From Histomonas meleagridis 2922-C6/04-290x (lineage: Eukaryota; Protista; Parabasalia), in contig JAANOX010000011.1 in NCBI GenBank assembly GCA_020184695.1, positions 1 through 64,000 of the forward strand: a stretch of 64,000 nt of DNA. The letters are read 5' to 3'. Within the stretch, counting starts at the first letter, position 1. Every line of letters starts with the position of its first letter. Positions 44,943 to 57,300 of the stretch are shown one piece after another. The notes below the pieces were generated by a model, which was given only the letters and a program-made list of their open reading frames with translations, ran no database searches and had not been told where the DNA came from. The position numbers and the translations under genes were made by a program.

Positions 44943-46109
44943 TTTAATGTAAAATAAAAATATATTTTTAATTGATATATTTTTAAATTATTTAAATATT
45001 ATGAAATGATTCGCAATGAGAAATATTAATCGTTTAACAATTTTTTAAATATAACAATAATTATAAATATTAACATTATGATTTGCTGATAATATTTTTC
45101 GATGCTTGTTGAAATTTTCAACTTGAAACACATATGATTAATTTTGTGCAAATATTCAAAGTTTTCTTTTTGCATAAATGTTTAAACCTTTTTGACTTTA
45201 ATATACAAGCAAGTAGATTCCTCAATTATTTGATATTCTCAAGATGAAGAATTTTATTTCAAAGCGATATAGAACAACGCACAAAACTCACCCAGTTTTT
45301 AAATCAATTCATAAACAAAAAAGTTGCTTCATTGCGTTCGAACACAAAGTATATTCATAACATTATATAAAAGTGCGTTTATCATCTTGTTGTTCCCTTG
45401 TTTTCATTGATGTTTTTAAACATTAAGCGAAAAATTTAAAGGCAAATAGAAAAATTTCAAGAAAGTAACAAACTTTTTATCATTTAAATGTGAGATTTTC
45501 AAGTTTTGTATTGACCAATGTTACTAAGGTCTTCAGCTATATTTCAAATTGAAACATGAAAGCTATTCAATTCCTCCTCATTTTGTACATCTTGAAATTA
45601 TTCAGAACTCAAATGAAGCTTCGAGATTAATTTTTCAAATACACAAAAATTTTATATATAAAGGACAGAAACAAAGAGGCATTTGCCATCTACGCAATGA
45701 TAAGGTTCCAATTTTTGAAATAATTAACAATAATTTTTATTAATTTTATGCATTATTTCTACAGAAGTCACTAATTACAATTTAAATATAAAATTCATCT
45801 CCGACAATATATGTACGATTCCGTCGAACCATGTTTTAGTATTTAAACAAAAACTTTTCGAATCAGATCTCACAATTTCTCAAAAAAATCATTACATTTG
45901 ATTAACGTAACCTTCCTCTACAAACCTTGGATAAATATTATAATTACATTGGGAGTTTTTATTTTCTTCATTGGTGCAAAATATTTTGAATCATCCAAAT
46001 TCAATTGCTTACAATTATCTAACAGCGGTTTATATCAAATAGTTTCTTCTGAAAAAAATCGATTTTAGTTCAGGGCTTAGGTTGAAAATCAAAGGAAACA
46101 AAGCCAAAA

Positions 46110-46680
46110 ATGCTTTTGCTGTTGCTCTATTTTTCATGAATTCTTTTCAAATATTTTTCGATGATTGTAATTTTACACTTTTAATATGTAATTCAAATAT
46201 ATTTTACATAAAATGAATATATTTTTATTGGTGTAAAATTTTTGAAATTCCAGGTGAATCATTTGCAAAATCAGTCACATATATTCATTTTGTAACACTG
46301 TAAATCACATCGGAAATTCAGTATTTTCATCATGTTCATATTTTGGAGGGAATCTTATAACTCGTAATTCAGCATTTTCACGAAAGTTGCACTTCAAATT
46401 CGGTTCAAAACATTGAGATTCAGCGTTTTCTAATTGTTATAATTTAACGATATTAACACTTGGAACATAACTAAAAGAAGCCAGCGACTCGGAATGACGT
46501 AACATTTTATTATTTTGGCAATCCAGCACCTTATATTGTCATCAGTTATTACATATATAGGAACAATATTTGGACATTTCCAGTTAATGAATATGCTGTA
46601 GTGCGTGTTCACCAATTTCAACACATTCATTTACAAAACCGAATACATTTTCAAGATCTAATTCGTTTACACGACAACGC
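46110..46680 (+). pseudogene. Heavily degenerate BspA-like gene
   Basis: Fragments FFMNSFQIFFDD and VNHIGNSVFSSCSY amid stops and frameshifts. Confidence 0.55.
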
Positions 46681-47448
46681 ACATTCACAAAATTTTTACT
46701 TTTTATGAGCTGATGTATTTTTTCTTCTCTTTGTTTTCTATAATATTAATTGACATTCTTCACATTATTATATTAAAAGCTTTATTAAAGAATTAGTCGA
46801 ATTTTTGGTTATTCAAAAATGTATTTCGAAATTTATGAAATCCCATCAAAAGTAAACGATAATAACTTTACAAAGTCAATATAATATAATTACAATTAAT
46901 TTAGATGTAATAAGATATAGACCTTAATATTTACACACATACATTAATATGTTTCATTTAAAAATATGTTAGATCTTGAAGGAAATGTTGAATATGTCAT
47001 TAAAAATTCATATCTCTTGAAATTAATGAAATTTAATAACTTAAAACATGTTTACCACCAACAAAGATGTATCATTACGACCACCAGACTCAGTTTTATC
47101 GCGTTCATTCATTATATTATTTAAAAGTGACTTTATAATCATTTAAAGCGCCACCTTTTGTAGGCGCCTTTAATTATTGAAATAAAATTTCAGGTTAAAT
47201 TGAAAAACCTCAAAAAAAACAACAACAAATTTCTTATATATTAACCGTGTGATTTTTAACTTTTGTATTAGCCGATGTGTATTTGGTTAAGGCCTTCGAC
47301 TATATCAGGTCTTGAATCATGAGAATTCTTCATTTGCTGCTCGTTTCGTACATTACAAAGCAATTAAGTAACAGTATTATACCAGAAAGCCCATTCCTTA
47401 CGACTATAAAAATATCAAATATGAAAAAGAACCTTTGCAAAGAAGGAC

Positions 47449-49128
47449 TTGCGCATGGGCACAGCGCAGAAGATCCATTCGTTGAGATTCATAACCAGAA
47501 TTTTTGCTATATTTAACAAGAATTCTATTTTCTTTCAAACAAGTTTGTTTGCAGATTTCTTGACTGTTACAGAGAATACATTAGTTGTGCTTCAAATATT
47601 TAATGACAAATTAAAATTATCAGAATCATATTTTACAATTACCCAAAATAAATCCTTTATAGCCAGTGTGCTGACTGAAGGTAATACATCAATGCAAACC
47701 ATGAAAAGATGTTATGAGAATCTATCTTTGACCCAGAGTAAATTTCTTTGTTTTTCATTGATGCAAAACGATAAAAAAGACCGACCACTTAAATTCAATG
47801 CTTTTACTCGTTTAACCGCCATTTTTTCAATGATATTAGTGGTTTATGTCAATATTTTTCAGAAAAAACCACTTTTTCTACAGAAATTTTTATTGACCAA
47901 TTACAAATTGAAAACATGCGAAAAGAAAAAACAAAAAAATATTTTAATTTTTGTTATATTTTTCATAAATTCCTTTCAAATATTATATGATAATAATTCA
48001 ACATTAATAATAACAAATTTAAATGATTTTAAAGAAATTGATCAATACAAAAACAACACGAAATTTATAAACATTAGTGAAGGAATTTATTCGATTCCAA
48101 GTAGTGCATTTTCAGGATGGCCATTAGTTATTTCAGTTAATTTTGGTAATTCTATATCAGATATTGGTGGTTCTGTGTTTTCGTTATGTTCTAATTTAGA
48201 AAGGATTATATTTGGCGGAAATGTTACAAGGATTGGTGGTTCAGCATTTTCATTATGTTCATCCATCAACAGCATTACAATTCCAAATTCAGTCACATCG
48301 ATTGGCAGTTATGCATTTTCATTATGTTCTAATTTAATGATATTAACACTTGGTTCTGGAATAAGAGAAATTGGAGGTTCAGCATTTGGTAATTGTAATT
48401 CACTTGAATGTATTTATTATTATGGAGATACAGAACCAAATATTGGAACAAATGCATTTTATAATGTTACAACGACAGTTATCACATATCCAACATATGT
48501 AGGAAGTAAATTTGGAAATTTAGATGTTGGCAAAGACAACACAGAAGGAAACTGCAGCCCGATTGCAACAATTTCATTTTCTTCATCACACACACTCAGT
48601 CGAAGTGATACATTCACTGAATCATATCAAAATGAATTAACGAAATCTTTTTCATATCTATTAACGATCACATTATCTATTACGCATTCATTTACTTATT
48701 ATGAAATACAAACGAAATCGCTTTCACTATTTACAATCAATTCATCGAATGTTTATATCGAAACAGAATTTATTTATTATGATTACACAGTTATTATTTA
48801 TTCAACTTATTATATTTATTATTCGAACTTCTTTACATTTATTTATATCAATGAATTCCAAACAAATGATAATAAAACAACAATTATCATCATAATTGTT
48901 TGCGTTATTGTTGTTGCTATTATTATAATTTCATTACTTATTATATTATTGAATCGAATTAAAAATAAAAAAGAAGAAATTGACGAAAATGAAAATGAAG
49001 ATTCAGAACAACAAAATGATAATAACCAAACAACAAACACATTCACAACAGGAATATCGATTTCGAATATTGAAGAAGATCCATTTGCAGATGACTTCAA
49101 AGAAGACAAATTCATTGAGCAAATGTAA
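47449..49128 (+). CDS. BspA-like TpLRR surface protein 2 (true start uncertain)
   Basis: LRR region near-identical to BspA 1; tail IEEDPFADDFKEDKF. Confidence 0.88.
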   Translation: MRMGTAQKIHSLRFITRIFAIFNKNSIFFQTSLFADFLTVTENTLVVLQIFNDKLKLSESYFTITQNKSFIASVLTEGNTSMQTMKRCYENLSLTQSKFLCFSLMQNDKKDRPLKFNAFTRLTAIFSMILVVYVNIFQKKPLFLQKFLLTNYKLKTCEKKKQKNILIFVIFFINSFQILYDNNSTLIITNLNDFKEIDQYKNNTKFINISEGIYSIPSSAFSGWPLVISVNFGNSISDIGGSVFSLCSNLERIIFGGNVTRIGGSAFSLCSSINSITIPNSVTSIGSYAFSLCSNLMILTLGSGIREIGGSAFGNCNSLECIYYYGDTEPNIGTNAFYNVTTTVITYPTYVGSKFGNLDVGKDNTEGNCSPIATISFSSSHTLSRSDTFTESYQNELTKSFSYLLTITLSITHSFTYYEIQTKSLSLFTINSSNVYIETEFIYYDYTVIIYSTYYIYYSNFFTFIYINEFQTNDNKTTIIIIIVCVIVVAIIIISLLIILLNRIKNKKEEIDENENEDSEQQNDNNQTTNTFTTGISISNIEEDPFADDFKEDKFIEQM

Positions 49129-49823
49129 CTAAGATAAATAAATAAAAAATATCGTGTGTATTATTTTTTCAGTCAAAACCGATCAAGCTGCAAAACGATT
49201 TGACTTATTTTGACAATAATTTGCCATAAACAGTTGTTAGGGGCGCCCTGTAAATTTCATTTAAAGTAAACTATATAAATCGGTTTGTAAATGACGAAAA
49301 CTTCTCCAACTGTTTCCATTTTGCAGAAACAAATTAATTTTATAACAATTCAAAAAATTTTGATAAGGTCACCAAACTCTGGGGAAAAATCCACTAAGAA
49401 AAGGTTGTCATTCCTTATAGGCGACGTAAAGTATTAATACAGATGCTGTCAGATTCGGTTTGCGCCTCCAGAATGATTTATGCCAAAAAAATTGAGTAAA
49501 AATATTACAGCCAGCTTTTGCAATGAGTAAGTAAATGTAAGAAATTTGATTGTGGTATATTGACCAAAGAATTTACACCAAAATAATTTGCATAATCACT
49601 TTATATGATACTGGAGTTAGCATATAAAGAATTGAAAAATATTTTTAAAAATTTTGAGCTCTTCTGTAACTGTTCGTTGATGAGCAATATGTTCTGTCCA
49701 TATGAAAAAACGCATAATGCGCTCATATTTTTAATGATTTCTTTCTCTATATCTTCTATGAGAACCTTTTACCGTGATATTTCGTGAAGTAAATTATTAC
49801 AGCCTTGCTAATTAGCATCAAAA

Positions 49824-50702
49824 ATGTTGAAAAACGTAGAAAGAATTCACGAAGAATATAACAAAATGAACTATCATATAACCTCCTCCGATAAAGAAAA
49901 AGAAAAGTTTACGATTGGCCGACCGTTTGTTTTGAGAAAAAAAAAATTTCAAAACGAATTTTCATCAAAAATGAAGAATGAAGAAAAGATTATATCCGAA
50001 TTTCCCGATTATTTTGATTTTTTGACGAAAGAAGATCAAAAGAAATATCAAGAAATCAAAGCAAAAATCAGCAGTTCAGATAAAAATTTTAAAAAGAACA
50101 AACGGATTGAATGTTTTCAAGATTCACTTGATATTATTCAAGAATTTTGTGTTCGTCAAGATGGTGAAGATTGGAAACGATATTTAGTTTGTGGTATTTG
50201 TTGGATGAGTCAAGATTTAGCCGTTAATATTCGACAGTTACGAATTTTAGTCGACAAATGTAAATCATCTATTAATGGAGCATTATCCAAGATGGGTTAT
50301 AGCACGTTACCGATTAAATCACAAAACACTGCGAATTTGTTAAATTATATTCCATATTTAAAAGGAAATTTTGTTGAACAACGACAATGGACAGTTCGGC
50401 GTAAAATGCAATATTCACCAATTTCATATCCAGCACAATATTTCACTCCAACTTTTGTTTTCTTTCATCCTAACTTTGTTACACCAGAAGAACGACTTCC
50501 TTCATCACCAGGTTTTGAAGAAAACATCAATAACGATGAAATTAAAGCAACATTAGGTACGAACAATGAACCACCACAAACAGAGTTAAACTTCGATAAT
50601 GTTGATTATGATTTCTTATATGACCCATGTACATGTTGTCCAGCATCATGGGCGAATGATGAAAATGAAGAAGAAGTCAGTAGTCATTTCGGGTTTGGTT
50701 GA
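49824..50702 (+). CDS. Initiator-binding-domain (IBD, IBP39-like) protein
   Basis: DWKRYLVCGICW..LAVNIRQLRILVDKCKSSINGALSKMGY. Confidence 0.92.
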   Translation: MLKNVERIHEEYNKMNYHITSSDKEKEKFTIGRPFVLRKKKFQNEFSSKMKNEEKIISEFPDYFDFLTKEDQKKYQEIKAKISSSDKNFKKNKRIECFQDSLDIIQEFCVRQDGEDWKRYLVCGICWMSQDLAVNIRQLRILVDKCKSSINGALSKMGYSTLPIKSQNTANLLNYIPYLKGNFVEQRQWTVRRKMQYSPISYPAQYFTPTFVFFHPNFVTPEERLPSSPGFEENINNDEIKATLGTNNEPPQTELNFDNVDYDFLYDPCTCCPASWANDENEEEVSSHFGFG

Positions 50703-50812
50703 ATTTTTTTTTTTTCTTTTTTACAAATAAAATGTTTTTTTTCTCTTTTTCTTCTTATTCTTTTTTATTCAAAAAAAAATTATTTCATTTTTAATGTTTA
50801 TTGAAAAATTAT

Positions 50813-51064
50813 TCATGCTGGTTTCATAACGGTGATGGTAGATTTAACCATCTCACTGTTTTCATTGGATGTTTCTTCTGTAGCATTTTGCGTTTCTGAA
50901 GTAACTTCTGAGGAAACTGGTTGGCTTTCTTGTTCACCTTTCTCTTCTGTCCCTTGCTTGTTCTCTTCTTCTTTCTTGTTCTTAACAACAGGCGTGCTAC
51001 TAACTTGATTCGGAAAGATGGTTTGATTCTCTGTTTCGTTCGCTTTTGATGACTCGCAACCCAT
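50813..51064 (-). CDS. Small acidic MGC-type acylated protein, copy 2
   Basis: Identical to 39998-40249. Confidence 0.75.
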   Translation of the reverse strand: MGCESSKANETENQTIFPNQVSSTPVVKNKKEEENKQGTEEKGEQESQPVSSEVTSETQNATEETSNENSEMVKSTITVMKPA

Positions 51065-51323
51065 CCTTATTTTTCTGTCAAAGCAGTTATGACTTCACTC
51101 GTTTTGACGTTGAAATTTGCAACTTTTCGTTAGAAAAGATTCCTCTCTCTCAAAAGTAAATAAACTTATTAAAAGTGTTTCGTGATAAATAGGGGTGCCC
51201 AATGCGATGTTGATGTTGATGATCGTCTTATTCTATAATAAAATTTTATAATACGTGCCCAAGATACTTGTTCTTTTTGTTTACAATGTGTATAATATAA
51301 TTCTTATGAAAAAATTCCTTTCT

Positions 51324-53297
51324 TTATATGTTAACAAAATTTTCTTCCTTAAAATCAACAGCAAATGGATCTTCTTCAATGTTACTAGTTTGTGTTTTAT
51401 TAAAACAATCATTAATTTCAAGTTTCGACTTTTCATTTTCTATTTCATTTACTTGATTTTCGGAGTTACTCAGTTTTTTATTATGCTTATGAATGACTAA
51501 TATAATAACTAATATAATGACAATAACAACCACAACAACTACACAAACAATAATAATAATTAATGTATTTGATTGATTATTTCCATCTGCTATTTGTTGT
51601 TTATAAAAAAGAGTGAAATAGTTAGAATAATATTCGATATAAGTATTATACATAATAATTGTGTAATTATAATATATGAAATATGTATTAACATAAGTAT
51701 AATTTGCATCAATTAAAGTTAGAATATTTGTATATGATAAATATGTATTTTGTATCAATGTTTGCGTAAATAAATGATTATAAGTTAATACTAATGAAAA
51801 TGAGAAAGTTGTTTCATAACCAATTAATTCACTATATGATGTAATTAAAGTATTTGATTTTGTAATTGTGTTTGACTGAGAAAATGTATTGGATTTTGTA
51901 TATGTATCTGAACTTGAAAATGTTTCTGTTGATGGGAGACATTCATCAATTAATGTTCCCTTCGATATATTTAATTCTCCGAATGTTTCGCCTTGATATG
52001 ATTCTAATGTCATGACTGTTCTTGTTATAGAATTCTCAAATGCGATACCACCACTTACTGTTGGTGGCGTTTCTCCTAAAAAATATACGCATTTTAGACA
52101 AGAACAGAAACTAAATGAAAGATAACCAATATTTCGTACACTTTCACTAATTACAATTGTTTCTAATTTAGAATTACGAAATGTGTACCATTCAATATAA
52201 GTTACAGTACCAGGAATATGATATGTTTTTGATGAGTTTCCAATTGGATAACTGGCTATTTTAGTAATATTTTTATCATATATAACACCATCATTATTGT
52301 AATTTGAGTAGTATGGATTATCCTCAGAAACTTTAATAAACTCAAGACTTGTACAGTTTATAAATGAATTTGATTGAACTTGAATAACAGAACTTGGAAT
52401 AGTAATGTTTTTTATACTTATGCATTCTTGAAACGCATAAGATCCTATTACTGAAAGACCATTTTCAATAATTATTGGATTAGCACTAAAGCAACAACAA
52501 AATGCATTCACATCAAACGAATAAAGTGTACTGGGAATTGTAATATTTTTTAATGAAATACAGTAATAAAATGCTTCTTCACCTATTGTTCTTAAATCTT
52601 TTCCAAAATGAATATTTTCCAAATTATAACAGTATGCAAATGCGTAATCTAAAATATTTACAACCGAATTTCCAATTTGTGCAGTAATTAATGTTGCCCA
52701 ACTTCTGAAAGCTGATTCACTAACTTCTTCTACATCAGAAATTATTAAATGTTCAGTAACATTCATGTATTGATTCGTTATTTCAGTTGAATTTGTTATT
52801 GTAAGAGTTTTTGTGTCTTCATCAAAGATTTGAAATGTATGATTAAAAAACAAAACAAATAAAAATAATTTACATTTATATGCTCGCTTATCTTTATTCC
52901 TAACTTCCCAAAAGAAATTTATTTTCGAAAAATATTTTATTTTGCTAAGAAATAAAAAAATACTCATAGATTCATTCTTAAACATTAAACATAAAATGTT
53001 CTTTAAAAAATAATGTATTAAATCAAATAAATCCGATAAAAATAAAATTAATTTGGTAATGAATTCGAATTGTTGTTTGTGAAATAAAACGTTCATGTAC
53101 CTTAAATTTGCTTCATCACCTGCTATGTAATCTTTAGTAATTTTGCTTATCCCTTTTTCGACTATTTTTTGAAATGGATAATTAAAAAAATGTTTTTTTA
53201 TGAGAGCCTTATCCTTATCGCTGCTTGCATATGCAGGGGTTATTGTTACCATTAATAGATATAAAACAATTCCCTTCATGAATTTTAGAAACGACAA
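51324..53297 (-). CDS. BspA-like TpLRR surface protein 3 (true start uncertain)
   Basis: Multiple IGxxAFxxC/IPSSV repeats, VSEDNPYYS, stalk, TM, tail IEEDPFAVDFKEENF. Confidence 0.88.
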   Translation of the reverse strand: MSFLKFMKGIVLYLLMVTITPAYASSDKDKALIKKHFFNYPFQKIVEKGISKITKDYIAGDEANLRYMNVLFHKQQFEFITKLILFLSDLFDLIHYFLKNILCLMFKNESMSIFLFLSKIKYFSKINFFWEVRNKDKRAYKCKLFLFVLFFNHTFQIFDEDTKTLTITNSTEITNQYMNVTEHLIISDVEEVSESAFRSWATLITAQIGNSVVNILDYAFAYCYNLENIHFGKDLRTIGEEAFYYCISLKNITIPSTLYSFDVNAFCCCFSANPIIIENGLSVIGSYAFQECISIKNITIPSSVIQVQSNSFINCTSLEFIKVSEDNPYYSNYNNDGVIYDKNITKIASYPIGNSSKTYHIPGTVTYIEWYTFRNSKLETIVISESVRNIGYLSFSFCSCLKCVYFLGETPPTVSGGIAFENSITRTVMTLESYQGETFGELNISKGTLIDECLPSTETFSSSDTYTKSNTFSQSNTITKSNTLITSYSELIGYETTFSFSLVLTYNHLFTQTLIQNTYLSYTNILTLIDANYTYVNTYFIYYNYTIIMYNTYIEYYSNYFTLFYKQQIADGNNQSNTLIIIIVCVVVVVVIVIILVIILVIHKHNKKLSNSENQVNEIENEKSKLEINDCFNKTQTSNIEEDPFAVDFKEENFVNI

Positions 53298-53653
53298 ACA
53301 ACTTCAATAACAACCTCTAAAAACCCTTCAGAAAACAAGCATGCTAATTCAAAAAGTAAACACATGTCGCATTCAAAAAGCCAATCAGATAACATCTTAC
53401 GTTAGATGGGATACCGTCCATGGATAACCCCTTTCTTAAGGATTTTATACAATATTATAATATTATGTAAAACATATAAAGTCAATGCTTTATGACATGA
53501 ATCTTCGGCCAAAATTAATTTTTTACCAAGATATTTCTGGTTTATTTTGATTTTTTTGAATTGACTGTAAAATAAACTACTCAATTATCATACCATTCAA
53601 TTTTATCTAGGGGTTGTTCGATGGTAAAAAGTGTGGATAACACGCACTTTTTG

Positions 53654-53675
53654 GGCGGTTTTTTAACAACCGTTA
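53654..53675 (+). promoter_or_regulatory. Two M3-type motifs upstream of RPS17
   Basis: GGCGGTTT and AACCGTTA match DRCSGYTD. Confidence 0.55.
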
Positions 53676-53692
53676 ATTGATAGTCAACTCAA

Positions 53693-54071
53693 ATGGCGCA
53701 TCAGAACAAAAACAACAAAAAGAGCTTCACGCCTTATCATAGAGCGTTTTTATGGCCAACTCAGTTTCGATTTTCAAGACAACAAACGTGTTTGTGATGA
53801 AGTTGCAACAATCCCATCAAAAAGAATGAGAAACAAGATTGCAGGTTATGTTACACATTTAATGCGCCGTCTTGAGCGAGGCCCAGTACGTGGCATTTCA
53901 TTCAAGTTGCAAGAGGAAGAACGCGAAAAACGTGATAACTGGCCAAAAGTTTCTCAACTTGACCAGCCAACCATCAGCGTTGATGCAGACACAAAGGCAA
54001 TGCTTGCTGCAATTGGTCTTGACAAGATGGAAGGTGTTGTTGTCAGAGACAATGTTCGTCGTCGTAAATAA
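53693..54071 (+). CDS. RPS17: 40S ribosomal protein S17 (frameshift right after ATG)
   Basis: ATG G CGC ATC AGA ACA AAA...; [19 protein letters not shown] and [34 protein letters not shown]. Confidence 0.93.
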
Positions 54072-54319
54072 ATTTATATATTTTTCCTAAATTCTTAATG
54101 CACAATCTTTTCTTAAAGAATTTAAGCTGATCTTCTTATAAAAATTAATTTCATTATGAAATATATTTTTTGATTATTAAAATTCATGTAAGATCGCAAA
54201 GTCCTCTTGTAAGGTTATTCTCAAAACTGGTATTAAGCTTTGTCATAACATTTCGTGTTAAAAATCTCTTGATTTTTTCATTTTTTTTTTAGTGATTTAA
54301 ACGGTTTTCAAACTGGCAT

Positions 54320-57300
54320 ATGGGAGAATTTCATTTACTAAGTGATATCTACAATTGTTTTGCAACTCTTATGCATTATCCAGTTGAACAATTTTGTTCA
54401 TTTCAATCAGTATTTCCGAGATTACAAGCAGCTACAATTAATCATCTTGTAAATCCATTACCAGATATTTGTTTCTTCAAATCTGCATTTCCATTTATTT
54501 GTGGGTTAGGAAAAGCAAAAACAGACATGACAAACATTGAAGCTACTGTACCTTTAATATCATTAAATACACTTCATGTTATTACACATTCTTTTAAAAA
54601 AGTCAAATATTGGGAACTCAGCAAAGATGACAGAAATGATATTATCGGATTTCTTCGAGCAATTATTGATGTTATTGGAACTATTAAATCCAAACTTAAT
54701 CAAGATAAATCCAAAATAACTGATTTGCTTGATGACATTGAAAGAATGATTGACATGATTGATAAAAACTCCGAAGAGAAAGTAACTTTTAAAACTATTC
54801 TTGCAACAACTACACATGAAACTCAACTTTGCACACGTTATATCAGATCCAGGTTCAAATCTTTGTTTAGTAATTCGGATTATTCCACATTATTCCCATA
54901 TTTAATGCAAATTTCACTTGATCTTCAAACCTTTGGTTTATTTGCATTAGTTGAAAATCAATATGAAGAATTTGAAGCCAATGAAGCATTTTACTTGAAA
55001 GCCATCAAATGTCTTTTTGAAGGTGATCAAGACAATTCAGTAAAATTACTTAAAACATTATCTGAAAAATTTAATAAGTTAAGTAAAGCCAAACAAGTTT
55101 ATTTAAATAGTCTTTACGCAGCAGCTGCTACTTCTGTAGCTGATTCATCTTCAAAACTTTCAGAGGAGCTGATTAAAACCAAATTTTCCAAATGCTATGA
55201 AACTTTTTCAATTCAAGAACCTGAAACCGTTCCTGTTCAATTTTCAGAGTCTGTGATCAGCTTATTGAGTACTTTACAAAACGGCGAATCAAATCATGAC
55301 ATCACCAAACAATTATCTGAATCTCTAATATCATATACAGATAATCGTAAATTACAATGGATTTGTAATTGCGCCATTACTCTTCAAGATTTAGAGATCG
55401 GATATGTTTCACTTATGGGTGCATTTTTACCATTAACTATTACCGAAAGGATAAAACATTTTACAACATTTATTAACTCAATACAGCAATGTTTTATATA
55501 TGTTGAATCACAAATAAAGAACAAGATTCAACAAATTAATTATGATATCCCACCAATAATTGCAGAAGAATATAGTAATGTTGATGAAATCAAAACTCTT
55601 CATGATGCAATGCATTCTTTTGTTATTTATACGACGATATTATCATCCATGAAAGAGAAGAATATTAATGATGAAACCTTATTAAATAATATGACTAATT
55701 TGTCAATGTTATTATGTTCTTGGTTCATAGGTACATCGATTGCATTACAATCTACGATTATATCATTTGTACCAAATTTAATTCGATCAGTTGAAAAACA
55801 TATTACTATTAAGAAAGAACAATTAGAAATTATCCATCATTTGTTCGATAATATATCAATGATTTCATTTGATATTACATCGCCAAATAATATCAAAGAT
55901 TTTATTGAACTTGTTTCAAAATGTATGTATGGAATGTTGCCTTTAATTAATGAATTAATGAATGAATCACCAATTTCAATCATTTCTTCTGAAGAAGATT
56001 TCACACAACTTTTAGAATATGCAAATATTTCATTTAATTTATTTAACGAGTTACAAAAAGCAATTGAAGTCATTGACTTTTCATCAAAATTATATTTAAG
56101 ACAACAAATTCGAAGTTTAATTAATCCAATTTCAAATAACATTAATAATATCTTAAACACTTTAGAGAAAAAAGATGTATTAGAATATTATATTAATGAA
56201 GCACAAGTTAATATAATGAGTTATATATTCGGATTATCTATAGTTGATCGAAACTTTGATAAAAATTTGGCCGAATTTTATGTAAACTTATTAAAGTCGT
56301 CAAATTTGAGTGAAATGAAAGACATCATTGAAAACATAAATAAAGTATTGAAAGTGATTTTACAACAGGCATCGGCGGTTGATGTCACCCAATCGATGCT
56401 TAATCAAATTGATATTAATTCAGAACAAGATATCACTAACTTAATACAAATGATTACTAATCCTACATTACAAGAATCATCCAAACAATTAGTGATTGAA
56501 ATCTTAAATTTGTTTAAAGATGAATCTAAAATTTTACGAAATCAATATAAAAATCAAATTCTTTCATTATTAGCATTACGTGTTAATGGTTATCAACAAT
56601 ATGAAATCAGTAAATTAATGAATATTACAGATGACGAATTGATAAAGAATTCGATATCAATCTTTGCATCATTACCATTAAATGCGCCGAAATATTCGAA
56701 AGAAATTCAACAATTTTCATTACCATTATTATATCAAACTGATATATATCAAATGCGTCAATCATTACGAAACACTATTAGCTTCTTAACAATCACTATA
56801 CGTATTCGTGAATCATGTCATATCTTTTTAGAACATTTACATGGAGAAGATACAGATGTTAACAAAGAAATTTATGAATTAGTTCAATCATTAGAATTAA
56901 ATAATATCATTTTATTATCCAAAAACAAAAATCCACATTTAAGATCAATTTATGATATTTGTAAATTATATTCATATTCAAACAAGACACAATTTAATGA
57001 GAAATTATTAGAGAACAAATCGAATGAAATATTTGAGTCGAATGATTTAAAACAAATCGAAAGTATTACACAATCATTATTACTTGAATATATTTCTACA
57101 TCGATAATTAATAATTGTTTTCATATTGATATATTATTAAATATTAAAGATACAATAATATCATTAAATAAATATCTGAATGATCCTACAAATGAAAACA
57201 AAAGAGAATTATATAGCGCTTGTTTAATGTTCACAACGGAATTTAATCCAGTTGGGAATATAAATGAAAAATGGTGTATCATTTTCGGATTTTGTCTTTC

